From positions 41 through 64,040 of the forward strand of contig CAVYHX010000006.1 of the NCBI GenBank assembly GCA_963768415.1: 64,000 nt of DNA, in the 5' to 3' direction. The position numbers were made by a program, and so were the translations under genes. This document shows, piece after piece, positions 29,521 to 39,971 of the stretch (its first letter is position 1; every line of letters starts with the position of its first letter). The DNA comes from an uncultured Gammaproteobacteria bacterium (lineage in GTDB: Bacteria > Pseudomonadota > Gammaproteobacteria > UBA9214). Under the pieces are notes generated by a model that saw only the letters and a program-made list of their open reading frames with translations, was not told where the DNA came from and ran no database searches.

Positions 29521-30276
29521 TCAGTTTTCGATTACACTGCCTGAGCCCTTCACGACGGTGTGCGTGCCGGGTGGTTTGCCGCTGTACCTGAGAGTGCCAC
29601 TGCCGTTGACTGCTGCCGAAAGGGAAGTGACAGCATGCACGGTTGCGTCGCCTGATCCGTTGATGGTAACTGCAACTGCCTGCGCCTCGAGATCCGCCGC
29701 AGTCACAGTGCCGGATCCATTGATGATTACCGACAGATCACTGACCTTGCCACTCGCACTGATCGTGCCGGAACCGTGGATCGCGAGGGCCAGGGCCTCC
29801 TGCGACACGCCTGCCAGGGTGATCTTCCCCGATCCGTTGATTGCCACGTTTACCGGCTGCGGCACCTGCAGGGTGATGCTGACCCTGCGGCGGGACGCAA
29901 AAGTTTCCACGGCATAAATGCGCAGCACGCCATCGAGGGACTCGGTCAGGATAAACGGCAGAATATTATCGTCGGCGGTCACGACACACCTGGCCGTGTC
30001 TCCCTTCGTGATGGTGACTTCTGCGGCGATATCGAGTTGCAGCTCATGAAAGTTGCCCGGTGTGCGGGTTTCACTGGCGATCTTGCCGGAACCTTGCACG
30101 CTGTTTCCCGGGAGGATAATTCCGTCCACGATGACCGTCTCGCCAGTCACCGTGATACTGGTGCCGGATGCCTGAATTATGCTGCCGTTTATTGTGATGC
30201 TTGTCCCGGCAGTGGCAGACCCGGCTGCGAGCAGGCAGAGCAGAACACTGCCGGCAACCCGCATTACCCGGGCCAT
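29521..30276 (-). CDS. secreted repeat protein, DUF2807 / head GIN-domain-like (repeated NGSG beta-strand motif)
   Basis: 251 aa. It has a signal peptide (MARVMRVAGSVLLCLLAAGSATA) and at least six (I/V)NGSG(T/K/D) repeats. Confidence 0.55.
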   Translation of the reverse strand: MARVMRVAGSVLLCLLAAGSATAGTSITINGSIIQASGTSITVTGETVIVDGIILPGNSVQGSGKIASETRTPGNFHELQLDIAAEVTITKGDTARCVVTADDNILPFILTESLDGVLRIYAVETFASRRRVSITLQVPQPVNVAINGSGKITLAGVSQEALALAIHGSGTISASGKVSDLSVIINGSGTVTAADLEAQAVAVTINGSGDATVHAVTSLSAAVNGSGTLRYSGKPPGTHTVVKGSGSVIEN

Positions 30277-30278
30277 GT

Positions 30279-30863
30279 CTAGTCCAGGTACTCGAAGAGT
30301 TTGACCACGCGCTGTACGCCGCTGACCTGGCGGGCCGCATCGGTCACCGCATCGGCTTCAGCCTGGTACAGTATTCCCATTAAATAGACCGAACCATTTT
30401 CGGTGACGACCTTGACGCGCGTGGCATCGAAATCCGGATGGCCCTTGATACCGAACAGTTTGGTCTTGACCTTGGCGGTAATCAGGGTGTCGCTGCTACG
30501 GGTCATCATGGAGCTGGGGGCGGCCAGGGTCATCTCGTTGTGTATCAGCCGGACCTTGGGAATGGTGCGCACCAGGGCCTCGGCACGCTGCCGCAATTCC
30601 TCCGTGGGTGCTTCCCCGGAGAGCAGCACGACACCATTGATGCTGGTGATATTGATATGGATCTGGCTGTTCAGGTCCTTGTCATTGATGATGTTGCCCC
30701 GTGCTTTCAATTCAATACCCTCGTCATCAATAAAGGTACCGACGGTGCGCCGGTCATGGGCGGCAGTGGCGCCGGTGGCTGCGCCACCTATGATGACGGG
30801 TGCGCAGGCGGAAAGCAGATTCACAGTGACAAAAATCGCAAGTATTGTTGTGGCAAGTTTCAT
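30279..30863 (-). CDS. dolP: dual-BON-domain outer-membrane lipoprotein DolP (YraP)
   Basis: 194 aa with the lipobox LLSAC and two BON-like halves. It is the last gene of the lpoA-yraN-diaA-dolP block. Confidence 0.8.
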   Translation of the reverse strand: MKLATTILAIFVTVNLLSACAPVIIGGAATGATAAHDRRTVGTFIDDEGIELKARGNIINDKDLNSQIHINITSINGVVLLSGEAPTEELRQRAEALVRTIPKVRLIHNEMTLAAPSSMMTRSSDTLITAKVKTKLFGIKGHPDFDATRVKVVTENGSVYLMGILYQAEADAVTDAARQVSGVQRVVKLFEYLD

Positions 30864-30867
30864 GGGT

Positions 30868-31852
<985 letters not shown>

Positions 31853-33797
31853 GCTCAGTGAATGGCGGCTCCGGGATGGCGGGTGACCGTTGTCCTCCGT
31901 GGCATCCAGCAATACGGGCAGTCCCCTCCGGAACTGGGCGCAGCGCAGGCTGCGGTGCATCTGACCCTGGCTGTCCAGGCTCAGATTGCCGCTGACGCCA
32001 CGGTAGATGCCGAACATGCTGCCGTCGAGTTGCCCCAGGTACGGGATGATCCGGTAGGCATCCAGGCCAAGCGCATACAGGCGGGGATAGCGTGCTGCGT
32101 TTGATGGCCAGTGTCTCGGCGACGGAATGCACGCAGGTGTTCCCAGTTGCCGCCGTGCTCGAGGATCCACGGCATGTCGCAGAATACTAATTCCGTTCAT
32201 GTCGCTGTCCCTGGCCTGGTCTGCCTGACCGGTGTACACCTGCGAGGTGGCGTATACGGGAACCCGGGAGGCACGGTAAAAGCTCAGTTGCGGGCGGATC
32301 AGGCGCGCCTGCCGCGGGTTGGCGACCAGAAATACGAAATCGATATCCTGACGCCGCCGCGGCTCGAATTCGAGCTGGCGTCCCAGCGTCCGAACCAGCT
32401 GCTGGTGCCGCGCCCGGCTGGTATCGAGATTCAGGGCGGCGCTGATGGGGGTGCCATGGTCCGTTTCGCCCGGAATGTATTGCTGGGTCTCCACAATGGT
32501 GCCGCCCAGGTTCTGCCATTCATGCGGCAAAGGCCGCATAGATACGATCGCCCCGGTCAGATTGCGGCAATAGTGCAATGCCACGGCTGTGTCCGTCGTG
32601 GCGCGCGCGCCGGGCGACTTCGCGGGCCTCGTCTTCCGGCGCGAGTCCGAACTGGTATAGCCTGCCGCTGGCTGGCACCGGGTCTTCGATGTGATTCAGG
32701 GCCAGTACCGGGACCGGCAGCTCGGTGCGTGTGGCAATCATCTGCACCGCTTCCTTGTGCAGTGGACCGATGATGAATTGCGCGCCTTCCGCGATGGCCT
32801 GCTGATAGGCATACAACGCCATGGCAGGGTCATCGCCGGTATCGTAAACGCGTACGGGCGGCCGCTGTTTGCCATCCGGAGTGTCGTAGTAGGCGGCCAT
32901 AAAGCCGTCGCGAATGGCACCGGCTGCGCCGGCAAAGTCCCCGTTCAGTGGCAGCAGCAGGGCAAGAGTCTCGGGAGGCTTGCTTGCCGTACGCATGGTA
33001 CCGAGCAGCTTGCCGATAAATGCCTCGCTGGCCGGATGACGGGGATAGCGCGCCTGCCAGTGAGGTGCGACATCCGCGAGGGCCTCCGGCTGCTGCAGGT
33101 AGAGGCGCGTCAACTCTACCAGCTCCATCCAGCCGCTCAGGTGGTCCGGCGGCGGGGCAGTGCGCAGTTGCTGCAGTTCCACGTCCGTCAGATTGCTGAG
33201 GGCATCCCAGATGGCCAGCTGGTTATCGTACCGTTGTGCGCCGGTTAACAGGGGATCGAGCGTAACCCGTTCACGGGCTGCTCGAAAGTACTGTTTGTTA
33301 AAGTGGTAGGCATCAGCGCGCAGTCGATAGTAGTCCGCCACATAGGGACCGCCTGCCGGTGTGGATTGCAGGTAGGTCAATGCCTCCGCGGGGCGCTGTC
33401 TGGCCAGTGCAATCTCCGCGCGATTGACAGCATAGTGCTGCTGCTGCACGGCCTCCAGCGGCGCACCGTCGAGGTCGTCTAGAATAGCGGCTGCCTGGTC
33501 AAGGATTGCGCCGCGGATCAGGCTGTCGGTGGACTTCAGCAGCAGGTTGTATTTTTCGGGCGCTGGCGCCTGCGCGGCGGCCTGGTAGTTGAGTTGTGCG
33601 GCTTGCCGGAACTGACCGCGTGATTCCAGCATCGCTACCTGCTGGTCGAGATGGCTCACCGCGACTGGCGCCGCGGTACGCACATTCGTGCTGCAGCCGC
33701 TCAGGAGCAGCATCAGCCAGCCAGCCAGCAGCAGTATTAACCGCCCGCGGAGTGCGGTTGCCTGGGATCTGTCAGGGAATTCCGGGAAAGGTTGCAT
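31853..33797 (-). pseudogene. lpoA: penicillin-binding protein activator LpoA, split by at least three frame breaks and read through into yraN
   Basis: The N-terminal ORF 32520..33797 has the lipobox LLSGC and TPR-like helices. The C-terminal periplasmic-binding-like part (EWQNLGGTIVE...LYALGLDAY...) lies in ORF 31463..32584, with the stretch CDMPWILEHGGNWEHLRAF in a third frame (ORF 31981..32175). Confidence 0.8.
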
Positions 33798-33940
33798 ACG
33801 TCACGCCGGGATTGCGAATCCCCGGAACTGTACTGAAAAGCCGCTGCGGCGTCTACCTGATATCCTCATGCCATCGGCAAGCAGTGATATTTGCTAGGAT
33901 CCAGCCCTATGAACAAGGGTACAGAAAGAATGCGGGCATT

Positions 33941-34774
33941 TTGTATGTTGTCGCAACACCGATTGGTAATCTGCAGGATATTTCCGCGCGGGCGCTCGAG
34001 GTGCTGCGCACGGTAGCGCTGATCGCGGCTGAAGATACCCGGCACAGCAGGAAGCTGCTGGCGCATTACGGTATCGCCACTCCATTGACGGCCCTGCATG
34101 AACACAATGAACGTGCAGTGACGGAAAAACTGCTGACGACACTGCGCGCGGGGAAGGATATTGCGCTGGTATCGGACGCTGGCACCCCGCTGATCAGTGA
34201 CCCCGGCTTTCATCTGTTGCGGGAGGTACGCAAGGCGCGGATACGGACAATTCCTGTCCCCGGCGCGTCGGCCTGCATCACGGCGCTGTCGGTGGCGGGA
34301 TTGCCGACCGACCGCTTTGTGTTCGAGGGATTTCTCCCGTCGCGCCCGGTGGGGCGCCGGCAGCGCCTGCAGACATTGCGGGACGAGCCCCGCACACTGG
34401 TGTTCTACGAGGCCAGTCACCGGATCTGCGCATGTCTTGCCGATATGGCCCAATGCCTGGGTGGTGACCGGGAGGCTACCGTGGCGCGCGAATTGACGAA
34501 GACCTTCGAAACTGTCGAGCAAGGCACGCTGGCCGAACTCGATGCCTGGGTACGGGCGGACGCCAACCGGCAAAAAGGCGAATTTGTGGTGCTGGTCCAC
34601 GGTGCCCCGCCACCCGGCGACACCGGGGTGAACCCGGCCAGTGCCGCAATTCTGGACATCCTGCTGGCGGAACTGCCGCTCAAACAGGCGGCCGTTCTGG
34701 CTGCAAAGATCACCGGGCAATCCAGAAACCGCTTGTACGAGCATGGCCTGACCCTGAAAAAGCGCCGGGAATAA
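33941..34774 (+). CDS. rsmI: 16S rRNA (cytidine1402-2'-O)-methyltransferase RsmI
   Basis: LYVVATPIGNLQDISARALEVLRTVALIAAEDTRHSRKLL is the RsmI N-terminus. An in-frame TTG lies at 33941. An ATG at 33909 (MNKGTE..) lies in another frame, so an N-terminal indel is possible. Confidence 0.85.
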   Translation: MYVVATPIGNLQDISARALEVLRTVALIAAEDTRHSRKLLAHYGIATPLTALHEHNERAVTEKLLTTLRAGKDIALVSDAGTPLISDPGFHLLREVRKARIRTIPVPGASACITALSVAGLPTDRFVFEGFLPSRPVGRRQRLQTLRDEPRTLVFYEASHRICACLADMAQCLGGDREATVARELTKTFETVEQGTLAELDAWVRADANRQKGEFVVLVHGAPPPGDTGVNPASAAILDILLAELPLKQAAVLAAKITGQSRNRLYEHGLTLKKRRE

Positions 34775-34807
34775 ACGCCGCCCTCGGGCGTGATAGACGG
34801 TTGACAC

Positions 34808-34972
34808 CATCGCGGCCAGGAGGCCGCTCCTACAGGTTGGTTAATTCACCTGTAGGAGCACCCGATTAAGCGCCGGGTGTAAACGCTGCCCTTCAGCGCG
34901 ATTGTTTGCTGACACCATCGTGGCCAGTACTCAAAAGGCGGGCATAAAGAGGCCGCTCCTGCAGCTTCAACA
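34808..34972. repeat. REP family 1 cluster (about 1.5 units) between the convergent rsmI and queG
   Basis: The sequence is atcgcggccaggaggccgctcctacagg, the linker ttggttaattcac, and ctgtaggagcacccgattaagcgccgggtgtaaacgctgcccttcagcgcgat. A B-type arm follows, interrupted by tactcaaaaggcgggcataaa. Confidence 0.8.
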
Positions 34973-35020
34973 AATTTAGCACAGTGGCAGGACGTGCAAA
35001 TGTGCGTGTGTATCGGGTTA

Positions 35021-36112
35021 TCAGCTTGAATCTTTTCTCGCATGCTGTTGCAGTGCCCACTGGACATGTTCCCGCACCAGTGGCGAGGGGTCATCTGCGC
35101 GCCCGCGCAGGGCAGCTACGACCGCGCGTGTCGCAGGCGCATTGCCCAGGCCCACGGCAAGGTTGCGTAACCAGCAGGTGTAGCCAATCCGGTGAATGGC
35201 GCTGCCGCGGGTGTGGGCCTCGAATTCTTCCCGGCTCCAGTCGAACAGGCGGACCAGACTGGCGCTATCCAGTCCGTGGCGCGGATTGAAATCGGTCTCT
35301 GCACCCGGGCTGGCGAAGCGGTTCCAGGGGCAGACCAGCTGGCAGTCATCGCAGCCGTATATCCGGTTGCCGATCAGGGGACGCAGTGGCTCCGGAATAG
35401 TGCCGCGCAGTTCAATGGTGAGATAGGAAATACACAGGCGCGCATCCAGTTCATAGGGTGCGATGATGGCACCGGTCGGGCAGGCATCGATGCAGTTTTG
35501 ACAGCTGCCACAGTGGTTCGCAGCCGGACTGTCCACCGGCAGGGGCAGGTTGGTGTACAGCTCGCCGAGAAAAAACCACGATCCGGCACGCTCGTTTATC
35601 AGGTTGGTGTGCTTGCCGATCCAGCCGAGTCCGGCCTGTGCGGCCAGCGCCTTTTCGAGGACCGGCGCACTGTCGGTGAAGGCGCGGTAACCGAACGGGC
35701 CGGCCACGGTTTCGATACGGGAAGCCAGTTTCTGCAGGCGCTTGCGTATGACCTTGTGGTAATCGCGGCCCAGGGCGTAGCGGGACAGATAGGCCATGGC
35801 GGGTTCCTGCAATACCTCGTCTGCCGCACGTGCCGCCTTCGGCCAGTAGTCCATCCGTACCGAGATGACCCGCACGGTGCCGGGTACCAGCTCTACCGGC
35901 CGGCTGCGACGCGTGCCATGCCGGGCCATATAGTCCATTTCGCCGTGGTGTCCGGCTGCCAGCCAGCGCAACAGGTGTGCCTCGTCCGCATCAAGGTCGG
36001 TACCGGCAATGCCGACTTGCTGGAATCCCAGTTCTGTGCCCCAGCGTTTTATCTGTCGTGCCAGGTCAGGGTAATCGATATCCGGATCAGGCTGTGGTTG
36101 TACTTTTTTCAT
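35021..36112 (-). CDS. queG: epoxyqueuosine reductase QueG
   Basis: MKKVQPQP...GFQQVGIAGTDL..., two 4Fe-4S motifs (CGSCQNCIDACP and CDDCQLVCPWN) and HEAT-like C-terminal repeats are present. The ATG at 36112 lies inside ORF 35021..36217. Confidence 0.9.
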   Translation of the reverse strand: MKKVQPQPDPDIDYPDLARQIKRWGTELGFQQVGIAGTDLDADEAHLLRWLAAGHHGEMDYMARHGTRRSRPVELVPGTVRVISVRMDYWPKAARAADEVLQEPAMAYLSRYALGRDYHKVIRKRLQKLASRIETVAGPFGYRAFTDSAPVLEKALAAQAGLGWIGKHTNLINERAGSWFFLGELYTNLPLPVDSPAANHCGSCQNCIDACPTGAIIAPYELDARLCISYLTIELRGTIPEPLRPLIGNRIYGCDDCQLVCPWNRFASPGAETDFNPRHGLDSASLVRLFDWSREEFEAHTRGSAIHRIGYTCWLRNLAVGLGNAPATRAVVAALRGRADDPSPLVREHVQWALQQHARKDSS

Positions 36113-36240
36113 TTTGCAGGTGTGCCAGCAATGCCGGATTATTCCGCATGCTTGAAGTATGTTGGCTCTCTGCAGCCTTTCTTCTTCTATGCGGAAAGAC
36201 CTCGATGTTAAATGCATGTGAAACTGTCATGATACGAACA

Positions 36241-36261
36241 CCCTCTCCCTTCGGGAGAGGG
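36241..36261. other. perfect 9-bp-stem GC hairpin (ccctctccc-ttc-gggagaggg)
   Basis: Read directly from the sequence. It is followed by ccggggagaggggg and lies in the divergent queG/nnr intergenic region. Confidence 0.5.
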
Positions 36262-36324
36262 CCGGGGAGAGGGGGTATATATTTACTGGCTGCCTGATTA
36301 TATCCCGTGACCCCGGTTCCTGGC

Positions 36325-36415
36325 ACAGGGTGAATTAATTGCCCTTGTAGGAGCGGCCCCCTGGCCGCGATTGAGCCCCCACCAATCGCGCCGAAGGGCG
36401 GCGCTCCTACAGGTT
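36325..36415. repeat. single REP family 1 unit in inverted orientation
   Basis: cttgtaggagcggccccctggccgcgat ... atcgcgccgaagggcggcgctcctacagg is the reverse complement of the arrangement seen in the arrays. Confidence 0.75.
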
Positions 36416-36474
36416 GTGTATCTTTCAGGTTACTATCTGCGGCACTGGTTCAATGTTACGCATGCAATTCCATT

Positions 36475-37987
36475 ATGAAACCGGACACCCCTGATTCGCG
36501 CCCACAGCCACTCTACACCGCGGCCCAGACACGTGAGCTGGACCGGCTTGCCATAGAAATGGCGGGTATCTCCGGCTACACGCTCATGACGCGTGCCGGT
36601 GCGGCCGCCTGGGAGCGATTGCGTGCACACTGGCCGGCAGCACGTTGCATGGTGGTATTGTGCGGTTCGGGTAATAACGGCGGCGATGGTTTTGTACTGG
36701 CGCGGCTGGCGCGTGATGCCGGCTGGCGGGTACAGGTGCTCCAGCTGGGTGAGGGGACCCGGAGTCAGGATGCTGCCCTGCAGGCACGTGCCGCCTTTGT
36801 CGCAGCGGGGGGGCAGATCTCGGCCTTCGCCGCAGCCGCGCTGACCGATGCAGATATCATTGTGGATGCGCTCCTGGGCACCGGCCTGGAACGCCCGCTG
36901 GCGGGTGTCTGGCACACAGCCGTGGAAGCGGTCAACCGGTCTGCGCGCCCCGTGTTCTCTCTCGATATTCCCACCGGATTGCATGCCGACACCGGCGCCT
37001 GCATGGGGGTGACCGTCAAGGCTACCCGGACCATCACCTTCATTGGCCGCAAGCAGGGTCTGGTCACCGGGCAGGGACCGGAATACACCGGCGGGCTCGA
37101 CTTCGATGACCTGGGTGTGCCCGCAACGCCGTGCGACATCAGGTACCTGTCTCCGGCTACCTGTACCAGCGGCCCCCGCTCGGCGCGCTGGCCACGCCGC
37201 GGTCACGCGTTGCCCACAAGGGTCAGCACGGTCATGTGCTGGTGGTCGGTGGTGCGCACGGAATGGTGGGTGCGACGCGCCTGGCGGGTGAGGCGGCGCT
37301 GCGCACCGGTGCCGGCCTGGTGAGTCTGGCCACGCGGCCGGAACATGCCGCCGCCATCGCGGCGGCGTGCCCGGAGCTAATGAGTCACGGGATCGCAGGA
37401 CGCTGCCGAGTTGCGGCCCCTGCTGGCGCGCGCCAGCGTCGTGGTCGCGGGCCCCGGTCTGGGGACGTCCACCTGGGCGCGCGCGTTGCTCGGCAACGTG
37501 CTGGAGAGTGGCAAGCCGCTGGTCCTGGATGCCGATGCCCTGAACCTGCTGGCCCAGGAGCCGCTGGCGCGGGACAACTGGGTGTTGACCCCGCACCCGG
37601 GTGAAGCGGCACGCCTGCTGCAACAGGATATTGCGACGGTCCAGGGCGACCGCTTTGCCGCCGTTGAGGCAATCGCGGCCCGTTATGGCGGGACGGTTGT
37701 CCTGAAAGGTGCCGGGACTTTGACATACAGCGCGGGCCAGCCGCTGGCCGTCTGTGGCGCCGGTAATCCGGGGATGGCAACGGCCGGGATGGGCGATGTG
37801 CTGAGCGGGGTGATCGCCGGTTTGAGCGCACAGGGCACTGGAGCTGACGGCAGCGGCATTGACCGGTGTCTGCGTGCATGCCTGTGCCGGTGACTATGCC
37901 GCGCGCCACGGTGAGCGCGGAATGACGGCGCGCGATGTCATTAGCGCCGTGCGCCGTATTGTCAATGGCGGTGGAGACGGCGTGTGA
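36475..37987 (+). pseudogene. nnr: bifunctional NAD(P)H-hydrate repair enzyme Nnr (YjeF) with three frame breaks
   Basis: The epimerase half (CGSGNNGGDGFVLAR) is in ORF 36475... AHKGQHGHVLVVGGAHGMVGATRLAGEAALRTGAGLV is in ORF 37131... LRPLLARASVVVAGPGLG...GNPGMATAGMGDVLSGVIAGL is in ORF 37411... The tail VHACAGDYAARHGERGMTARDVISAVRRIV is in a fourth frame and ends at 37987. Confidence 0.85.
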
Positions 37988-38448
37988 AGGTCCGGATCCC
38001 TGACGCGGCCGCCATGGAGGCGCTGGGGGCGCAGCTGGCCGCGGCGCACTCACCGGGTATGGTCTATCTCCAGGGTGAACTGGGTGCCGGCAAGACCACG
38101 CTGGTCCGGGGACTGCTGCGCGAACTCGGGTGCCGTGACCGGGTCAGGAGTCCGACCTATACCCTGGTGGAGCCCTACGTACTCGGCGCCGTTCATGTTT
38201 ATCATCTCGATCTGTACCGGCTTGCGGCACCGGATGAGCTGGAATGGCTGGGCTTGCGCGACATGCTGTCTGAACGCGCGCTGCTGCTGGTGGAATGGCC
38301 GGAGCGGGGCGCCGGTGTGCTGCCAGATCCCGATCTGGGGATCCATATCGAATATGCGGGCAGTGGCCGGTCGGTAACGCTGACATCCGCGACCGCTGCT
38401 GGCGCGCGCCTGCTGGCCGGAGTGCACGAGCCTGCAGCAACCCCTTGA
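37984..38448 (+). CDS. tsaE: tRNA threonylcarbamoyladenosine biosynthesis ATPase TsaE
   Basis: 154 aa. It has the Walker A motif GELGAGKTTLVRGLLR and SPTYTLVEPY. The GTG start overlaps the nnr stop (GTGA). Confidence 0.88.
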   Translation: MKVRIPDAAAMEALGAQLAAAHSPGMVYLQGELGAGKTTLVRGLLRELGCRDRVRSPTYTLVEPYVLGAVHVYHLDLYRLAAPDELEWLGLRDMLSERALLLVEWPERGAGVLPDPDLGIHIEYAGSGRSVTLTSATAAGARLLAGVHEPAATP

Positions 38449-38588
38449 ATTTTGGTGTTATGGGCGGCACCTCGACTACCTAACAGGTTTAACTCCTATC
38501 TTTAAGAGATTAAACAATATTTGTTGCAATCATCGCCCTAATTGTGGCTATATATCCCACAGTCAACTAAGGGGATCAGGCGGCACAC

Positions 38589-39891
38589 GTGAAGAAACTG
38601 CTGACAGGTATGTGCCTTTGGCTGGCCGGACAGGGGCTGACGCTGGCGGCGCAGGTGGAGTTCCGCAATGTACGCGTCTGGGATGCGCCCGATCATACCC
38701 GGGTGGTATTCGATACCAGCGGTCCGGTGACGCACACCGTGTTCGCCTTGCAGGACCCCGAGCGCCTGGTGATCGATGTTCCGGCCGCGCAGGCCACAGA
38801 TGCCCTGAAAACGCATAAGCAGAAAGGCGGGCTGGTCACCGACATTCGCACCGCTCACAACAAGCAGGACGTGCTGCGGATAGTGCTGGATCTGGCGCAG
38901 GCGACCCGGCCGCGCAGTTTTACCCTGAAACCCGGTGGCCAGTACGGTCATCGTCTGGTCGTGGACCTGTACAGCAACGGTGCGGCCAGTGAAGTGGCGC
39001 CCACCAAGTCGGTGGCGGACAAGACCAGTGACTTGCGTGAACTGATTATCGCCATCGACGCCGGCCACGGTGGTGAAGATCCGGGTGCCATCGGCAAGCA
39101 CGGCACCCGTGAAAAAGATGTGGTGTCTAGCCATCGCACAACGGCTCGCCCGGCTGGTTGAGGCAGAGCCTGGCATGCGCCCTGTCCTGATACGGCAGGG
39201 TGATTATTACATCGGTCTGCGGCAGCGCATCAACAAGGCGCGCAAGCACAAGGCGGATCTGTTCATTTCCGTCCATGCCGACGGTTTTCGTGACCGCAGT
39301 GTGCGCGGTTCGTCGGTCTACGTGTTGTCGCGCCGGGGGGCCTCATCGGAAATGGGCCGCTGGCTGGCCGCCAAGGAAAATGCCGCTGACCTGGTCGGTG
39401 GCGTCAGCCTCGACGACAAGGACGATCTGCTGGCCGAGGTGCTGCTCGACCTGTCACAGACAGCGACCATCGAGGCGAGCTTCGACCTGGCGGGCAATTT
39501 GCTGGACGAACTCAAGCGTGTCGGCAGGCCGCACAAGTCGACGGTGCAGCAGGCCGGCTTTGTCGTGCTCAAATCACCGGATATCCCGTCCATCCTGGTC
39601 GAGACCGCTTTCATTTCCAACCCTGCGGAAGAAAGCAAGCTGCGCGATCAAAAACACCAGCAGACCCTGGCGCGGGCAATGCTGAGTGGAATCCGGGATT
39701 ACTTCGGCAGATATCCGCCCCCCGGCACCCTGCTGTCTGCGCGCGAACACATTATCCAGCGTGGCGATACCCTGAGCCACATCGCCGCGCGCTACAACGT
39801 CAGCCTGACTAAGCTGCGCGGCTTCAACAGCCTGAAATCCGACAGCCTGCGGGTCGGGCAATTGCTCCGCATCCCCCCGGCAGACAGCTGA
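38589..39891 (+). pseudogene. amiB: N-acetylmuramoyl-L-alanine amidase (AMIN domain, amidase_3 and LysM) with one frame break near 39126
   Basis: The signal peptide, AMIN domain and IAIDAGHGGEDPGAIGKHGTREKDVV are in ORF 38589... LAIAQRLARLVEAEPGMRPVLIRQGD...ISVHADGF...ETAFISNPAEE... and the C-terminal LysM (HIIQRGDTLSHIAARYNVS) are in ORF 39070..39891. Confidence 0.88.
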
Positions 39892-39971
39892 GTCTCCCGG
39901 CGTCGTTCCGTAATCGCCCCCGTGGCGGTATCATGTGCGGGTCGCACCACAGCGTTGCCCGCTCGCCATAA

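Noticed and set aside
29521-30276. NGSG-repeat protein as an autotransporter adhesin or toxin of a secretion system.
   Set aside because: It is only 251 aa, with no beta-barrel translocator domain and no partner secretion genes. The evidence supports only a small secreted repeat protein.
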